From an uncultured Burkholderiales bacterium (lineage in GTDB: Bacteria; Actinomycetota; Acidimicrobiia; IMCC26256; JAGPDB01), in the NCBI GenBank assembly GCA_964516875.1, contig CAZFAO010000002.1, positions 57,681 through 121,680 of the forward strand: a stretch of DNA of 64,000 nucleotides, read 5' to 3'. Positions 1-9,260 of this stretch are shown piece after piece. The notes under the pieces are model-generated. The model did not search any database and was not told where the DNA came from. It was given only the letters and a program-made list of their open reading frames with translations. The position numbers and the translations under genes were made by a program. Positions within the stretch are counted from its first letter, which is position 1. Every line of letters starts with the position of its first letter.

Positions 1-1178
1 CTGTCATTGCGGATATTGAAACGCATGGTGTTGTTGTTGATAAAAAAACGCTCGCTGTTATTTCGAAAGATATTCACGCGCGTTGTCAGCGCTATGAAGA
101 AGAAATTCATTCGTATGCGGGCGAACCTATCAACGTTAACTCCACCAAACAGTTGCGCAAAGTCCTTTTCGATGATCTTGGTTTAACGCCGGTGCGAAAA
201 ACAAAAACTGGTCCGTCAACGGACGCGGCAACACTTGAAGCGTTGAAAGATGAGCATCCGATTGTCGACGCAATTTTGCGTTATCGCGAAGTAGAAAAAC
301 TTCGCAGTACATATATCGATGCGCTTGGCCCGTTGATTGGTTCCGATGGTCGCATCCACGCAACGTTCAATCAATCGGGGAGTGCAACGGGAAGAATTTC
401 TTCCGAAGCTCCAAACTTGCAAAACATTCCTATTCGAACTGAAGAAGGAAAAAAACTCCGTACAATGTTTGTAGCACCACAAGGTTCCGTGTTGTGTTCC
501 ATTGACTACAGCCAAATCGAACTTCGCATCTTGGCGCACTTGTCAAAAGAGAAAGCACTCGTCGATGCTTTTCGTCGTGGCGATGATGTTCATGCAACAA
601 CAGCCGCAGAAGTTTTTGAAGTTGATCTAAAAGACGTCACGCATGAACAACGCAGCTTTGCAAAAGTTGTGAACTTCGGAATTGCATACGGGATGGAAAG
701 TTATGGGCTCGCTACGCGCATGGGAATCGATCCGGGTCATGCAAAAGAAATTCTCGATTCGTACTGGTCAACATTTTCTTCCATGAAGACCTACCTCGAT
801 GATGTCGTCACGCAGGCCAAAAAAGTTGGCTATACAGAAACGCTGTTTGGTCGACGTCGTTATTTCCCTGAATTGTCATCTTCTATTGGTCGGGTCAAGA
901 TCGCGGGCGCGCGTGCAGCGACGAATGCTCCCGTGCAGGGCACTGCTGCTGATGTCTTCAAATTAGCAATGGTGCATGTGGGGAAAGTGATTGCTGTGCA
1001 GGACTTACCTGCCCACATGGTGTTGACGGTCCACGACGAATTGGTGTTTGAAATTACTGAGGATTCCGCAGACGAGGTGTCGGCCATTCTTGCAAAAACG
1101 ATGGAAAATGTTGTTGAACTCGATGTTCCTCTCGTGGCCGATGTGGGAATCGGACCCAACTGGGCAGAGGCGAAATAG
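1..1178 (+). CDS. polA: DNA polymerase I, C-terminal polymerase domain (5'-truncated by window edge; frame open from nt 3)
   Basis: Family A motifs TGRISSEAPNLQNIP, DYSQIELRILAH, AKVVNFGIAYG, VHDELVFE; frame is open upstream of the ORF-track start. Confidence 0.98.
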   Translation, partial: VIADIETHGVVVDKKTLAVISKDIHARCQRYEEEIHSYAGEPINVNSTKQLRKVLFDDLGLTPVRKTKTGPSTDAATLEALKDEHPIVDAILRYREVEKLRSTYIDALGPLIGSDGRIHATFNQSGSATGRISSEAPNLQNIPIRTEEGKKLRTMFVAPQGSVLCSIDYSQIELRILAHLSKEKALVDAFRRGDDVHATTAAEVFEVDLKDVTHEQRSFAKVVNFGIAYGMESYGLATRMGIDPGHAKEILDSYWSTFSSMKTYLDDVVTQAKKVGYTETLFGRRRYFPELSSSIGRVKIAGARAATNAPVQGTAADVFKLAMVHVGKVIAVQDLPAHMVLTVHDELVFEITEDSADEVSAILAKTMENVVELDVPLVADVGIGPNWAEAK

Positions 1179-1291
1179 ATCGCCAGTTCTCACTTTCGGC
1201 CAATAAGCGCTAGTATGTCCGATGCCTGTGGGAACTTCACAAGCCAGACTATTTTGTCTGCCAACGATAAATATTTTTAACAGGAGACCTC

Positions 1292-2629
1292 GTGTCTGAC
1301 AATCCATCAACAACAGTCTCGGACGAGCAGGAAACTGCATCCGAAGACGCAACTACATCCGCAGCAACTGAATCCGAAGTAGCGGGTGTTATTGAAGATG
1401 AATCTCCTATTGCGGTCAATGACCTCGGCATGAGTTTTGCCGACGCAATCAATTCGACCATCGTGGAATTCGATGATGGTGATCTCGTAAAAGGTACTGT
1501 CGTTAAGATCGACAAAGACGAAGTTCTCCTCGACATCGGTTTTAAATCTGAAGGTGTTATTCCGGCAAAAGAACTTTCTATACGCAACGACGTCGACCCC
1601 TTCAAAGAAGTTGAGCTCGGTCAAGAACTCGAAGTTCTCGTTTTAACAAAAGAAGATAAAGACGGACGTCTTATTCTTTCGAAGAAACGTGCACAGTATG
1701 AAAAGGCATGGGCCAACATCGAAGCAATTAAAAATGCTGATGGTGTTGTGAAGGGTATGGCTATTGAAGTCGTCAAGGGCGGTGTCATCGTTGACATTGG
1801 TCTTCGCGGATTCTTGCCAGCGTCGCTTGTTGATACACGTCGCGTGCGCGACCTCGCATCATTTGTCGGCAAAGAAGTTGAATGTAAAATCCTTGAACTC
1901 GATCGCAACCGCAATAACGTTGTGCTTTCTCGACGCGCATTCCTCGAAGAAAATCAAAAGGGTAACCGCGACAACTTCCTCGTCAACTTAAAAGTTGGCG
2001 AAATCAAAGAAGGTGTCATCAGCTCACTCGTTCCATTCGGTGCGTTCGTTGATCTCGGTGGAATGGACGGACTCGTTCACGTTTCTGAACTTTCCTGGAA
2101 GCATATTGATTCACCGGGACAAGTCGTAAAAGTTGGCGACGAAGTTAAGGTGAAGGTTCTCGAAGTTGATATGGACCGCGAACGAATTTCACTTTCTCTT
2201 AAAGCAACGGAACGTGATCCGTGGACAGAGTTTGCAGAAGGTCACCAAGTGGGTGAGCTTGTTTATGGTCGAGTTTCTAAAGTTGTTCCATTTGGTTCCT
2301 TCATTCAAATCGGTGAAGGCATCGAGGGCCTCGTGCACATTTCTGAAATGGCAGAACACCACGTTGATTCAGCAGAACAAGTTGTTCAACCAGGTGAAGA
2401 GCTGTGGGTAAAAATTATCGAAATCGATCTTGAGCGTCGACGCATTTCTCTCTCCATTAAGCAGGCTGCAGAAGGTGGCGTTGTTGCTGCCGAATATGCA
2501 GATGCATATGGTGAGCATGCTTATGATGCGGAAGGTAACTTGCTGGAAAGTGTTGCCGAAGCGCACGCTGAGGCTGCTGGAGAAACCGTCGAGCCAGTTG
2601 CAGATGAAGCTGAGAAATCCGAAGAGTAA
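1292..2629 (+). CDS. rpsA: 30S ribosomal protein S1
   Basis: Four S1 repeats (LLDIGFKSEGVIP, VDIGLRGFLPAS, FVDLGGMDGLVHVSE, EGIEGLVHISE); CAGGAG SD upstream of GTG; follows polA. Confidence 0.98.
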   Translation: MSDNPSTTVSDEQETASEDATTSAATESEVAGVIEDESPIAVNDLGMSFADAINSTIVEFDDGDLVKGTVVKIDKDEVLLDIGFKSEGVIPAKELSIRNDVDPFKEVELGQELEVLVLTKEDKDGRLILSKKRAQYEKAWANIEAIKNADGVVKGMAIEVVKGGVIVDIGLRGFLPASLVDTRRVRDLASFVGKEVECKILELDRNRNNVVLSRRAFLEENQKGNRDNFLVNLKVGEIKEGVISSLVPFGAFVDLGGMDGLVHVSELSWKHIDSPGQVVKVGDEVKVKVLEVDMDRERISLSLKATERDPWTEFAEGHQVGELVYGRVSKVVPFGSFIQIGEGIEGLVHISEMAEHHVDSAEQVVQPGEELWVKIIEIDLERRRISLSIKQAAEGGVVAAEYADAYGEHAYDAEGNLLESVAEAHAEAAGETVEPVADEAEKSEE

Positions 2630-2703
2630 CCGCTTTTCCCCCTTCTAGACTCCGAAATCCGGCCTTAAGACAGGGGAAACTGCATAAGCGCTATTTGTCG
2701 CGA

Positions 2704-2733
2704 TTGTCCTAAATCGTACATATGCGGTAGAAT
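2704..2733 (+). promoter_or_regulatory. Housekeeping-sigma promoter for a leaderless transcript of the sigma-like gene
   Basis: TTGTCC (2704-2709), 18-nt spacer, TAGAAT (2728-2733), ATG 6 nt downstream at 2740. Confidence 0.6.
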
Positions 2734-2739
2734 GTCCAC

Positions 2740-3765
2740 ATGGCTAAAACGTGGGCTTCGGTGAACTCACCAACATTCGACCGACTTGATCCTCACGCAC
2801 AAGCACGAGTGGAAGCAAACATTATGCGTCGTCGTGATCGACGAGATTCGGAGTTGGATTCCACGGTTAAATATCGTTCACGACTGCATCCTGATCTCGA
2901 TTTATTTACAGATGAAGAGTTGCGTCCTGAAGCTTTAGCAGGTGATAAAGATGCGTTAGAGGCACTCTTTGATCGGCACTCAGGCCTTATCGCTTATATT
3001 GCGCAAAGAATTTATCGAACATTAACTGCAGTGCAGAGAAAATCAATCGATCCCGACGATGTATATCAAGTCGTCGCTGAAAGAGCATTGAAGAGTATTG
3101 GAAATCGACCTAAAGCAGATTTTAAAGCGGTTGCGTTTGGATATGGATATCAAGCTGGACTGCATCACACCCGTAAAGAATCGGGTACTGTTCGAATTCC
3201 GCCGGAGATTGATGCAAGACTGAAGAAAATTCGTGCAATTAATAATGCAACGAAACACGAAATGTCCCTAGATGAAATCGCCAATCTGTTAAAAATCCCT
3301 GCGCGTACTAATGGAAATTTTGATCAAATAACAGCTGAAAATCTCGTTTGCGCGATGAGGCTTCAAGCAATGGGGTCGCTCAACACAGGATTTTCTTCAG
3401 GTGCCTATGATGTTTATGGAGCAGACTTCGGTTTTGACGAGGGATCCAACTTAACTTCGATGACGATGTCAGAAGACGAAAGTGTTGAAGAATTATTTGA
3501 TCGGGTCGAATCACGAGAACTCGTATGGGGAGTAATGCAACAGCTTGATGAGAAGTGGCGCGAGTTATTAATAGAACGTTTTGGGATGCGCGACAACAAG
3601 CCAAAAACGCTTGAAGAGGTGGGTGAAGGACTCGAACATCCAATATCAGGTGTGCGTGTGCGACAAATTATTTCAAAAGCATTAAGAGATTTTCGATACT
3701 CAGAAACGCCAGAAGCTAAATCGCTCAGATCAGCTCATTCGGATGCGCCAGAGTTCGGGCTTTAA
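2740..3765 (+). CDS. Divergent sigma-70 family protein
   Basis: Region 1.2/2.1-like GDKDALEALFDRHSGLIAYIA, ...QAGLHHTRKESGTVRIP aligns with [17 protein letters not shown], region 4 ERFGMRDNKPKTLEEVG...RVRQIISKALR. Confidence 0.8.
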   Translation: MAKTWASVNSPTFDRLDPHAQARVEANIMRRRDRRDSELDSTVKYRSRLHPDLDLFTDEELRPEALAGDKDALEALFDRHSGLIAYIAQRIYRTLTAVQRKSIDPDDVYQVVAERALKSIGNRPKADFKAVAFGYGYQAGLHHTRKESGTVRIPPEIDARLKKIRAINNATKHEMSLDEIANLLKIPARTNGNFDQITAENLVCAMRLQAMGSLNTGFSSGAYDVYGADFGFDEGSNLTSMTMSEDESVEELFDRVESRELVWGVMQQLDEKWRELLIERFGMRDNKPKTLEEVGEGLEHPISGVRVRQIISKALRDFRYSETPEAKSLRSAHSDAPEFGL

Positions 3766-4412
3766 CGGATCTCGATAATTCCTGTGCGCAATCCCATGAG
3801 AACTGCTTGTGTGCGGTCGCGTGCGTCGAGCTTGTCGTAAATCGAAGCTAAGTGATTCTTCACTGTTTTAACGGAGATGAATAAATCGCTTCCCACATCA
3901 TTGGTGCTTCGACCATCGGCAATGAGTTGCAAAATTTCTTTTTCACGCTTGGTAAGAATTCCAGTATCGGCATCGGCAACTTCGTTTGATTCGGGAGTGA
4001 TTGATGAACCTGTGTCGAGCATCTGCTTTGCAATAGACGGAGAGATGAGTTCCCCCTGCGAAACTTTTTTGACGACTTCGACAACTTCTGCCATTGGTGC
4101 ATCTTTTGTCATGAACGCTGTCGCGCCTGCATTGATTGCTTGATTGACAACAGTTGCTTCACCGTGCATGGTGAGCATCACAATGCGAGTGTCGGGTTTG
4201 TCGGCCTTCATGATTTTAAGTGCAGATAAACCATCCATCACAGGCATAGTGATATCGAGCATGACAATATCGGGGGAAAGTTCATTCACAAGACGAACGC
4301 CTTCTTCGCCATCTCCAGCTTCACCAACAACGTCATATCCATTATCGGTCAATGCACGCTTGACCGCTTGGCGGACGAGCTTGTGATCATCAACTAGAAC
4401 TACGGTGGTCAT
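3762..4412 (-). CDS. NarL/LuxR-family response regulator
   Basis: Receiver VVLVDDH...DIVMLDITMP; C-terminal LTKREKEILQLIADG...VKTVKNHLASIYDKL HTH. Confidence 0.96.
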   Translation of the reverse strand: MTTVVLVDDHKLVRQAVKRALTDNGYDVVGEAGDGEEGVRLVNELSPDIVMLDITMPVMDGLSALKIMKADKPDTRIVMLTMHGEATVVNQAINAGATAFMTKDAPMAEVVEVVKKVSQGELISPSIAKQMLDTGSSITPESNEVADADTGILTKREKEILQLIADGRSTNDVGSDLFISVKTVKNHLASIYDKLDARDRTQAVLMGLRTGIIEIR

Positions 4413-6067
4413 GAAGGTACCTCAACTTCTGCTTCGATGATTGTTCCCTTCCCGGGTTGGGAGGTGACGTTTAACTGGGCATGAATGGTATCGGCCCTTT
4501 CTCGCATCCCTATAAGGCCAAAACTCTCTTTCTTGGCCCCTGATTTAGCGAAACCCTTGCCGTCATCACGTATTGTCAGGTGAACTTTACCGCCATCAAC
4601 CAACCATGTGACCCATGCATGAGATGCTTCTGCGTGTTTGTACACATTATTCAGACCTTCTTGCATGATCCTCCACATTTCGCGTTCGATCTGAACAGGC
4701 AAAATTCGATCGTAAATATTGGTTTCAAATTGCACGTCGAGTCCTGTGCGATCTCCGAAACGGGGGAGATATTCTTGTGCGAGCGAGTGGAACGGGCGAT
4801 CGGTATCGACTGTCGCGCGAAGTTCATAGAGAGTTTCACGAAGTTCGCCGACAACTTCGCGAACAATGTCGCGCAGCTCGCCGAGCTCATTGATATCTTC
4901 GTGATCGGGAATGAGTCGTTCTAATTCAAATGCAACATAGGCAAGTGCTTGTGCCAGACGGTCGTGAAGATCTCGTGCAATGCGCGTGCGTTCTTCTTCA
5001 GCGCCCATGTTGCGTAGACGTTGGAACCACAACGCGTTATCAATAGCTAATGCAAGTGGCTCGGACAGTTCTTGAAGAAGTGCTGCGTCGCTTTCGGTGT
5101 AGGTGTGTTCATCGGAATGTTCGATAGCAACGATTCCAACAACGCTTCCGCGTGCACGAAGAGCAATGTACATTCCAGAATGCGCAGTAGGCGAACATCC
5201 CACGTATCCATCTTCAGGAAATGTATGCACAACTGTGTTTTGTGTTCCCAACGTTTGTGCCAGTGGTGCAGGAAGTTCATGGACGGAGAGAGGCGTATGC
5301 AATCGCAGACCTTCAGCAAGTTCGACACGCCAGGTATTGTGCGTTGAGTCGGCAACAACAATAGCCATATATTGCACGTCGTAGAGGTCGTGAAAACGGT
5401 TGCGCGTCGATGCAATAACTTCGCCCATGTCGAGCGATCCGGGCAACGATTGCGCAACGTCGTGGAGTGCGAGGAGGAGTGAATTTGCTCGACCCATACG
5501 CTTCATTTCATCGACGACGTGTTGACTGCGTGCTTCCGCTTCGCGTGCAAACACTCGCATGCCTGCTCCAACGACAGCACTAATGAGAAGTACAACAGCA
5601 TTTTGAACCATCGATTGCGTCGTTGTTTTCTCACCGCTGATCGCAAGATCAATTCCTGTAACAGAAGCGCTAATGATTGCTGCGGTGACAAGTGCTGTAA
5701 CGATCCCGCTGCTCAAACCTGTGACAACAAGAAGAGGAATTGCAACAAGAACGAAAGGACTAGACCATTGATTTGTTAACGCAACTGCACAGAGCAGCGA
5801 CACAACATCAAAAATAATGTTGAGATATCTCTCCCAAGGTTTCCCTCGCAATGGAATGGGGTAAAAAGTTCGAATCAGCGCATTGGCGAATAATATTGCA
5901 GCTGCTCCAAGGAGCGATGTGATGTCATTATTATGCGAATCGGAATAAGCCAAGCCGACTGATATGACAACAGTTACCCATCGCAAAATAATTATCATGA
6001 TCGCAATTCCGCGAGAAGATAACAGCGAATTAGAACGCGTCTCTGAGGCAGGCATAGGTGTGTCCAT
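4409..6067 (-). CDS. Membrane GAF-domain sensor histidine kinase (HisKA_3 type)
   Basis: Several N-terminal TM helices, GAF segment, H-box ERTRIARDLHD, ATPase IRDDGKGF...FGLIGMRERA; start moved to ATG 6067 to avoid overlap with coaE. Confidence 0.93.
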   Translation of the reverse strand: MDTPMPASETRSNSLLSSRGIAIMIIILRWVTVVISVGLAYSDSHNNDITSLLGAAAILFANALIRTFYPIPLRGKPWERYLNIIFDVVSLLCAVALTNQWSSPFVLVAIPLLVVTGLSSGIVTALVTAAIISASVTGIDLAISGEKTTTQSMVQNAVVLLISAVVGAGMRVFAREAEARSQHVVDEMKRMGRANSLLLALHDVAQSLPGSLDMGEVIASTRNRFHDLYDVQYMAIVVADSTHNTWRVELAEGLRLHTPLSVHELPAPLAQTLGTQNTVVHTFPEDGYVGCSPTAHSGMYIALRARGSVVGIVAIEHSDEHTYTESDAALLQELSEPLALAIDNALWFQRLRNMGAEEERTRIARDLHDRLAQALAYVAFELERLIPDHEDINELGELRDIVREVVGELRETLYELRATVDTDRPFHSLAQEYLPRFGDRTGLDVQFETNIYDRILPVQIEREMWRIMQEGLNNVYKHAEASHAWVTWLVDGGKVHLTIRDDGKGFAKSGAKKESFGLIGMRERADTIHAQLNVTSQPGKGTIIEAEVEVPS

Positions 6068-6130
6068 AGGTTGTTGATAGCATCGACTTAAAAATCCCAG
6101 TGGTAAAGGGCTAACGCGTAAACTTACAAC

Positions 6131-6727
6131 ATGCATAAAGTCGCAATTATTGGCCCTCTCGGCAGCGGAAAATCGGAGATAGTGCGTATTTGCTCAGAGA
6201 TGGACTTTCCCACAGTGTCCGCAGATCATGTGGCTCGGATGCTCCTTGAATTACCCGGAATCGCACACGATGATGTTGCTAGAGCATTCCCCGAAGTCGT
6301 CGATTCAGTTGGTCGTATTAACAAACATCAACTTGCCGAAGATGTTTTCCATAATCATGAACACCTTGAATTGTTGGAAAGCATCATTCATCCTCATGTA
6401 TGGCAAATTGTTGCGTCATTTTTTATGGAGTGTGAAAACAAGAACGAAGATATTTGTTTTGTCGAAGTTAGTGCGCCCGATAGTTCTATCAAAACTCGTT
6501 TTGATGAAATGTGGTGCGTAACAGCAGATATATCCGTTCGTCAGCAACGATGCATCGATCGTGGAATGACACAAGAAGATTTTGTGGCGCGCAACGAATT
6601 TCAATCCGAACATGTTGATTATGAAGACTTATCCAGTCGTACAATTATCAATGAGGGGTCAGTGGAAGAACTGACAGAGAAAATTCGCTCAATGTGTTCG
6701 GACCTAGCTGAAATACGAGGACAGTAG
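6131..6727 (+). CDS. coaE: Dephospho-CoA kinase
   Basis: [11 protein letters not shown]-loop, [15 protein letters not shown]; directly upstream of uvrB as in Actinobacteria. Confidence 0.93.
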   Translation: MHKVAIIGPLGSGKSEIVRICSEMDFPTVSADHVARMLLELPGIAHDDVARAFPEVVDSVGRINKHQLAEDVFHNHEHLELLESIIHPHVWQIVASFFMECENKNEDICFVEVSAPDSSIKTRFDEMWCVTADISVRQQRCIDRGMTQEDFVARNEFQSEHVDYEDLSSRTIINEGSVEELTEKIRSMCSDLAEIRGQ

Positions 6728-8724
6728 TGTTTGAACTCAACAGTGAGTATGAACCCGCTGGCGATCAGCCCGCAGCAATAGAAGCGCTCGTTGATGGAAT
6801 CGAAAAAGGTCTCAGTTACCAAACACTTTTGGGTATTACTGGTTCTGGCAAATCGTTCACCATTGCGTCTGTGATTGCACAACTTGATCGGCCTGCGCTT
6901 GTGATGGCCCCGAACAAATCTCTTGCTGCACAACTCGCAAGCGAATTCCGTGGTTACTTTCCCAATAACCGTGTGGAATATTTCGTTTCTTATTACGACT
7001 ACTACCAACCCGAAGCGTATATGGCTCAAACAGATACGTTTATCGAAAAAGATTCGTCGATTAACGAAGAGCTCGACCGACTTCGTCACGCTGCAACATC
7101 GGCATTGATGACGCGTCGTGACACCATCATTGTTTCCAGTGTGTCAGCGATTTACGGTCTTGGTTCGCCCGAAATGTATAAGCGCAATATGTTATTTATT
7201 GATAAAGGCGAAGAGTTCGATCAGCGGTCGTTGCTCAATCGTCTTGTTGAACTTCAATACGATCGCAATGATATAGGTTTTCAGCGCAACAAGTTCCGTG
7301 TACGCGGAGATACGATCGATATTTTTCCAGCTTATGAAGAACGTGTCATCCGCGTTGAACTTTTTGGAGATGATATTGATCGGATTTCGCTGATTGATCC
7401 GCTGACCGGTGAAATGTTTCAAGAAGTAGATGCTGTAGCGATCTATCCAGCATCGCACTATGTTGTCGACCCAGGCATCATGGCAACATCGATTGCTGAG
7501 ATTGAAAACGATCTTGATGATCGGCTGGCTGAATTGAAAAGAGAAAATAAACTCGTCGAAGAACAACGCTTGCGGTCGCGAACGGAACATGATCTTGAAA
7601 TGATGAGAGAAATTGGCGTGTGTTCCGGTATCGAAAATTATTCGCGCTACCTCGATCGACGAAAACCTGGTCAGGCTCCCTATACATTGCTTGATTATTT
7701 TCCTGAAGACTTCGTTACAATCTTGGACGAAAGCCATGTGACCGTTCCGCAACTTCGCGGTCAACATGCCGGCGATTTGTCCCGCAAAAACAATCTTGTG
7801 GAATATGGATTCCGTTTGCCCAGCGCAAAAGATAACCGCCCTCTTCGTTTTGAGGAAGTCATGGAACGTCTTCCCCGAATTATTTTCATGTCTGCAACTC
7901 CCGGCCCGTATGAAAAAGAAGTCTCGCAACAAGTTGTTGAACAAATCATTCGTCCCACTGGTTTATTGGATCCAGAAATTGAGGTACGTCCAACGAAGGG
8001 CCAGATCGATGATCTCATCGATGAAATCCGCGACAGCGTTGATCGGGGAGAACGTGTGCTTGTCACGACGCTGACAAAGAAAATGGCGGAGGATCTCACG
8101 GACTACTTGCAAGATGCATCTATGAAAGTGCGTTATCTGCATTCTGATATTGACACAATTGAACGTATTGAAATATTGCGCGATCTCCGCATGGGTGAAT
8201 GTGATGTTGTTGTCGGTATTAACTTGCTGCGTGAAGGTCTTGACTTGCCCGAAGTAAGTCTCGTTGCGATTCTCGATGCCGATAAAGAAGGTTTTTTGCG
8301 ATCACAAACGTCGCTCATCCAAACGATTGGTCGTGCTGCTCGAAACGTTAATGGTCGCGTCATTATGTATGCCGACAAGATGACTGATTCCATGCGCTAT
8401 GCCATCTCCGAAACGAATCGCCGTCGCGCGCTACAACAAAAATACAACGAAGAAAATGGCATTAACCCCATGCCGATTGTCAAAGCCGTCGCAGATATTC
8501 TCGACATGTTGCGTGGGGGAGACTCGGAATCTTCCGTCGACGAGCGTATCGATGTTTCGTCTCTGGCAAGTATGGGAAGCGACGAAATTAAGCGTCTTAT
8601 TGTTACCCTGGAAGACGAGATGCACGAAGCCGCGAAAGAACTCAACTTTGAAGAAGCCGCTCGTTTGCGCGACGAAGTGTCCACAATCCGCAAAGAACTC
8701 AAAGACATGATTGGGCTCTCATAA
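6727..8724 (+). CDS. uvrB: Excinuclease ABC subunit B
   Basis: [49 protein letters not shown]-terminal UVR coil [10 protein letters not shown]. Confidence 0.99.
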   Translation: MFELNSEYEPAGDQPAAIEALVDGIEKGLSYQTLLGITGSGKSFTIASVIAQLDRPALVMAPNKSLAAQLASEFRGYFPNNRVEYFVSYYDYYQPEAYMAQTDTFIEKDSSINEELDRLRHAATSALMTRRDTIIVSSVSAIYGLGSPEMYKRNMLFIDKGEEFDQRSLLNRLVELQYDRNDIGFQRNKFRVRGDTIDIFPAYEERVIRVELFGDDIDRISLIDPLTGEMFQEVDAVAIYPASHYVVDPGIMATSIAEIENDLDDRLAELKRENKLVEEQRLRSRTEHDLEMMREIGVCSGIENYSRYLDRRKPGQAPYTLLDYFPEDFVTILDESHVTVPQLRGQHAGDLSRKNNLVEYGFRLPSAKDNRPLRFEEVMERLPRIIFMSATPGPYEKEVSQQVVEQIIRPTGLLDPEIEVRPTKGQIDDLIDEIRDSVDRGERVLVTTLTKKMAEDLTDYLQDASMKVRYLHSDIDTIERIEILRDLRMGECDVVVGINLLREGLDLPEVSLVAILDADKEGFLRSQTSLIQTIGRAARNVNGRVIMYADKMTDSMRYAISETNRRRALQQKYNEENGINPMPIVKAVADILDMLRGGDSESSVDERIDVSSLASMGSDEIKRLIVTLEDEMHEAAKELNFEEAARLRDEVSTIRKELKDMIGLS

Positions 8725-8773
8725 ATTTTCTCACAGGGGGAACTTTTCTCCGATTAGTATCGTCTCACACGAT

Positions 8774-9211
8774 ATGAAAATATTTTCCACGCTTCCTCGC
8801 CCCGTTTTATATGCTGCCGGAATCGTTTTAGTTATCCTCATCGCATCAACGAGTTACCTTGTTGGATCTAATGCAATGAAAGATAAGGACAACAGCAATG
8901 CAGTCAAAGAATGTCCGTATACCCAGGACGACTTAGAACGATTGTACGAGAAAATTAAAGATCGAAAATCAGAATTATACATGGAGTCAAACGGGATTGA
9001 AGCGCCATCACTCATTGATGCGAAAGCTATTGCTGCACTCGAAGGTGAGTGTGTCGACGTTGGTCTTGAAAAGGCGTATCAGTTGGGAATAACAACTCTG
9101 CGCGATCACACCGATTGTTGGCCTAATTGTATGATCACTTTGGAATTTTTAGATACACGCATGAATTACGTGATTGAGGATCGACGATTAACCCAGGTGC
9201 ATAACGGATAA
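8774..9211 (+). CDS. Membrane-anchored hypothetical protein with C-terminal protease-inhibitor (I13/I78)-like motif
   Basis: N-terminal TM helix; C-terminus ITLEFLDTRMNYVIEDRRLTQVHNG resembles TMDY-x-x-x-RLN-V-x-ENG-x-V-x-x-G. Confidence 0.6.
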   Translation: MKIFSTLPRPVLYAAGIVLVILIASTSYLVGSNAMKDKDNSNAVKECPYTQDDLERLYEKIKDRKSELYMESNGIEAPSLIDAKAIAALEGECVDVGLEKAYQLGITTLRDHTDCWPNCMITLEFLDTRMNYVIEDRRLTQVHNG

Positions 9212-9236
9212 GGTGGCCACGTTCGATTCCCAAAAA

Positions 9237-9250
9237 AGAACGTACGTTCG
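9237..9250 (+). promoter_or_regulatory. LexA (SOS) box, Gram-positive type, upstream of uvrA
   Basis: AGAAC-GTAC-GTTCG matches GAAC-N4-GTTC; abuts a TAGGCT -10-like hexamer at 9253-9258. Confidence 0.75.
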
Positions 9251-9260
9251 TGTAGGCTAA

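Noticed and set aside
2630-2700. Terminator or small RNA after rpsA
   Set aside because: Only weak TTTCCCC/GGGGAAA pairing with a long loop and no U-tract.
6607-6620. LexA box upstream of uvrB inside coaE (CGAACATGTTGAT)
   Set aside because: The right half-site does not match GTTC; too degenerate to call.
7192-7944. Long antisense ORFs (also 16975..17589, 30331..31047, 43571..44164, 23922..24488, 34004..34453)
   Set aside because: They are shadows of well-supported genes on the opposite strand, with no motifs or start signals.
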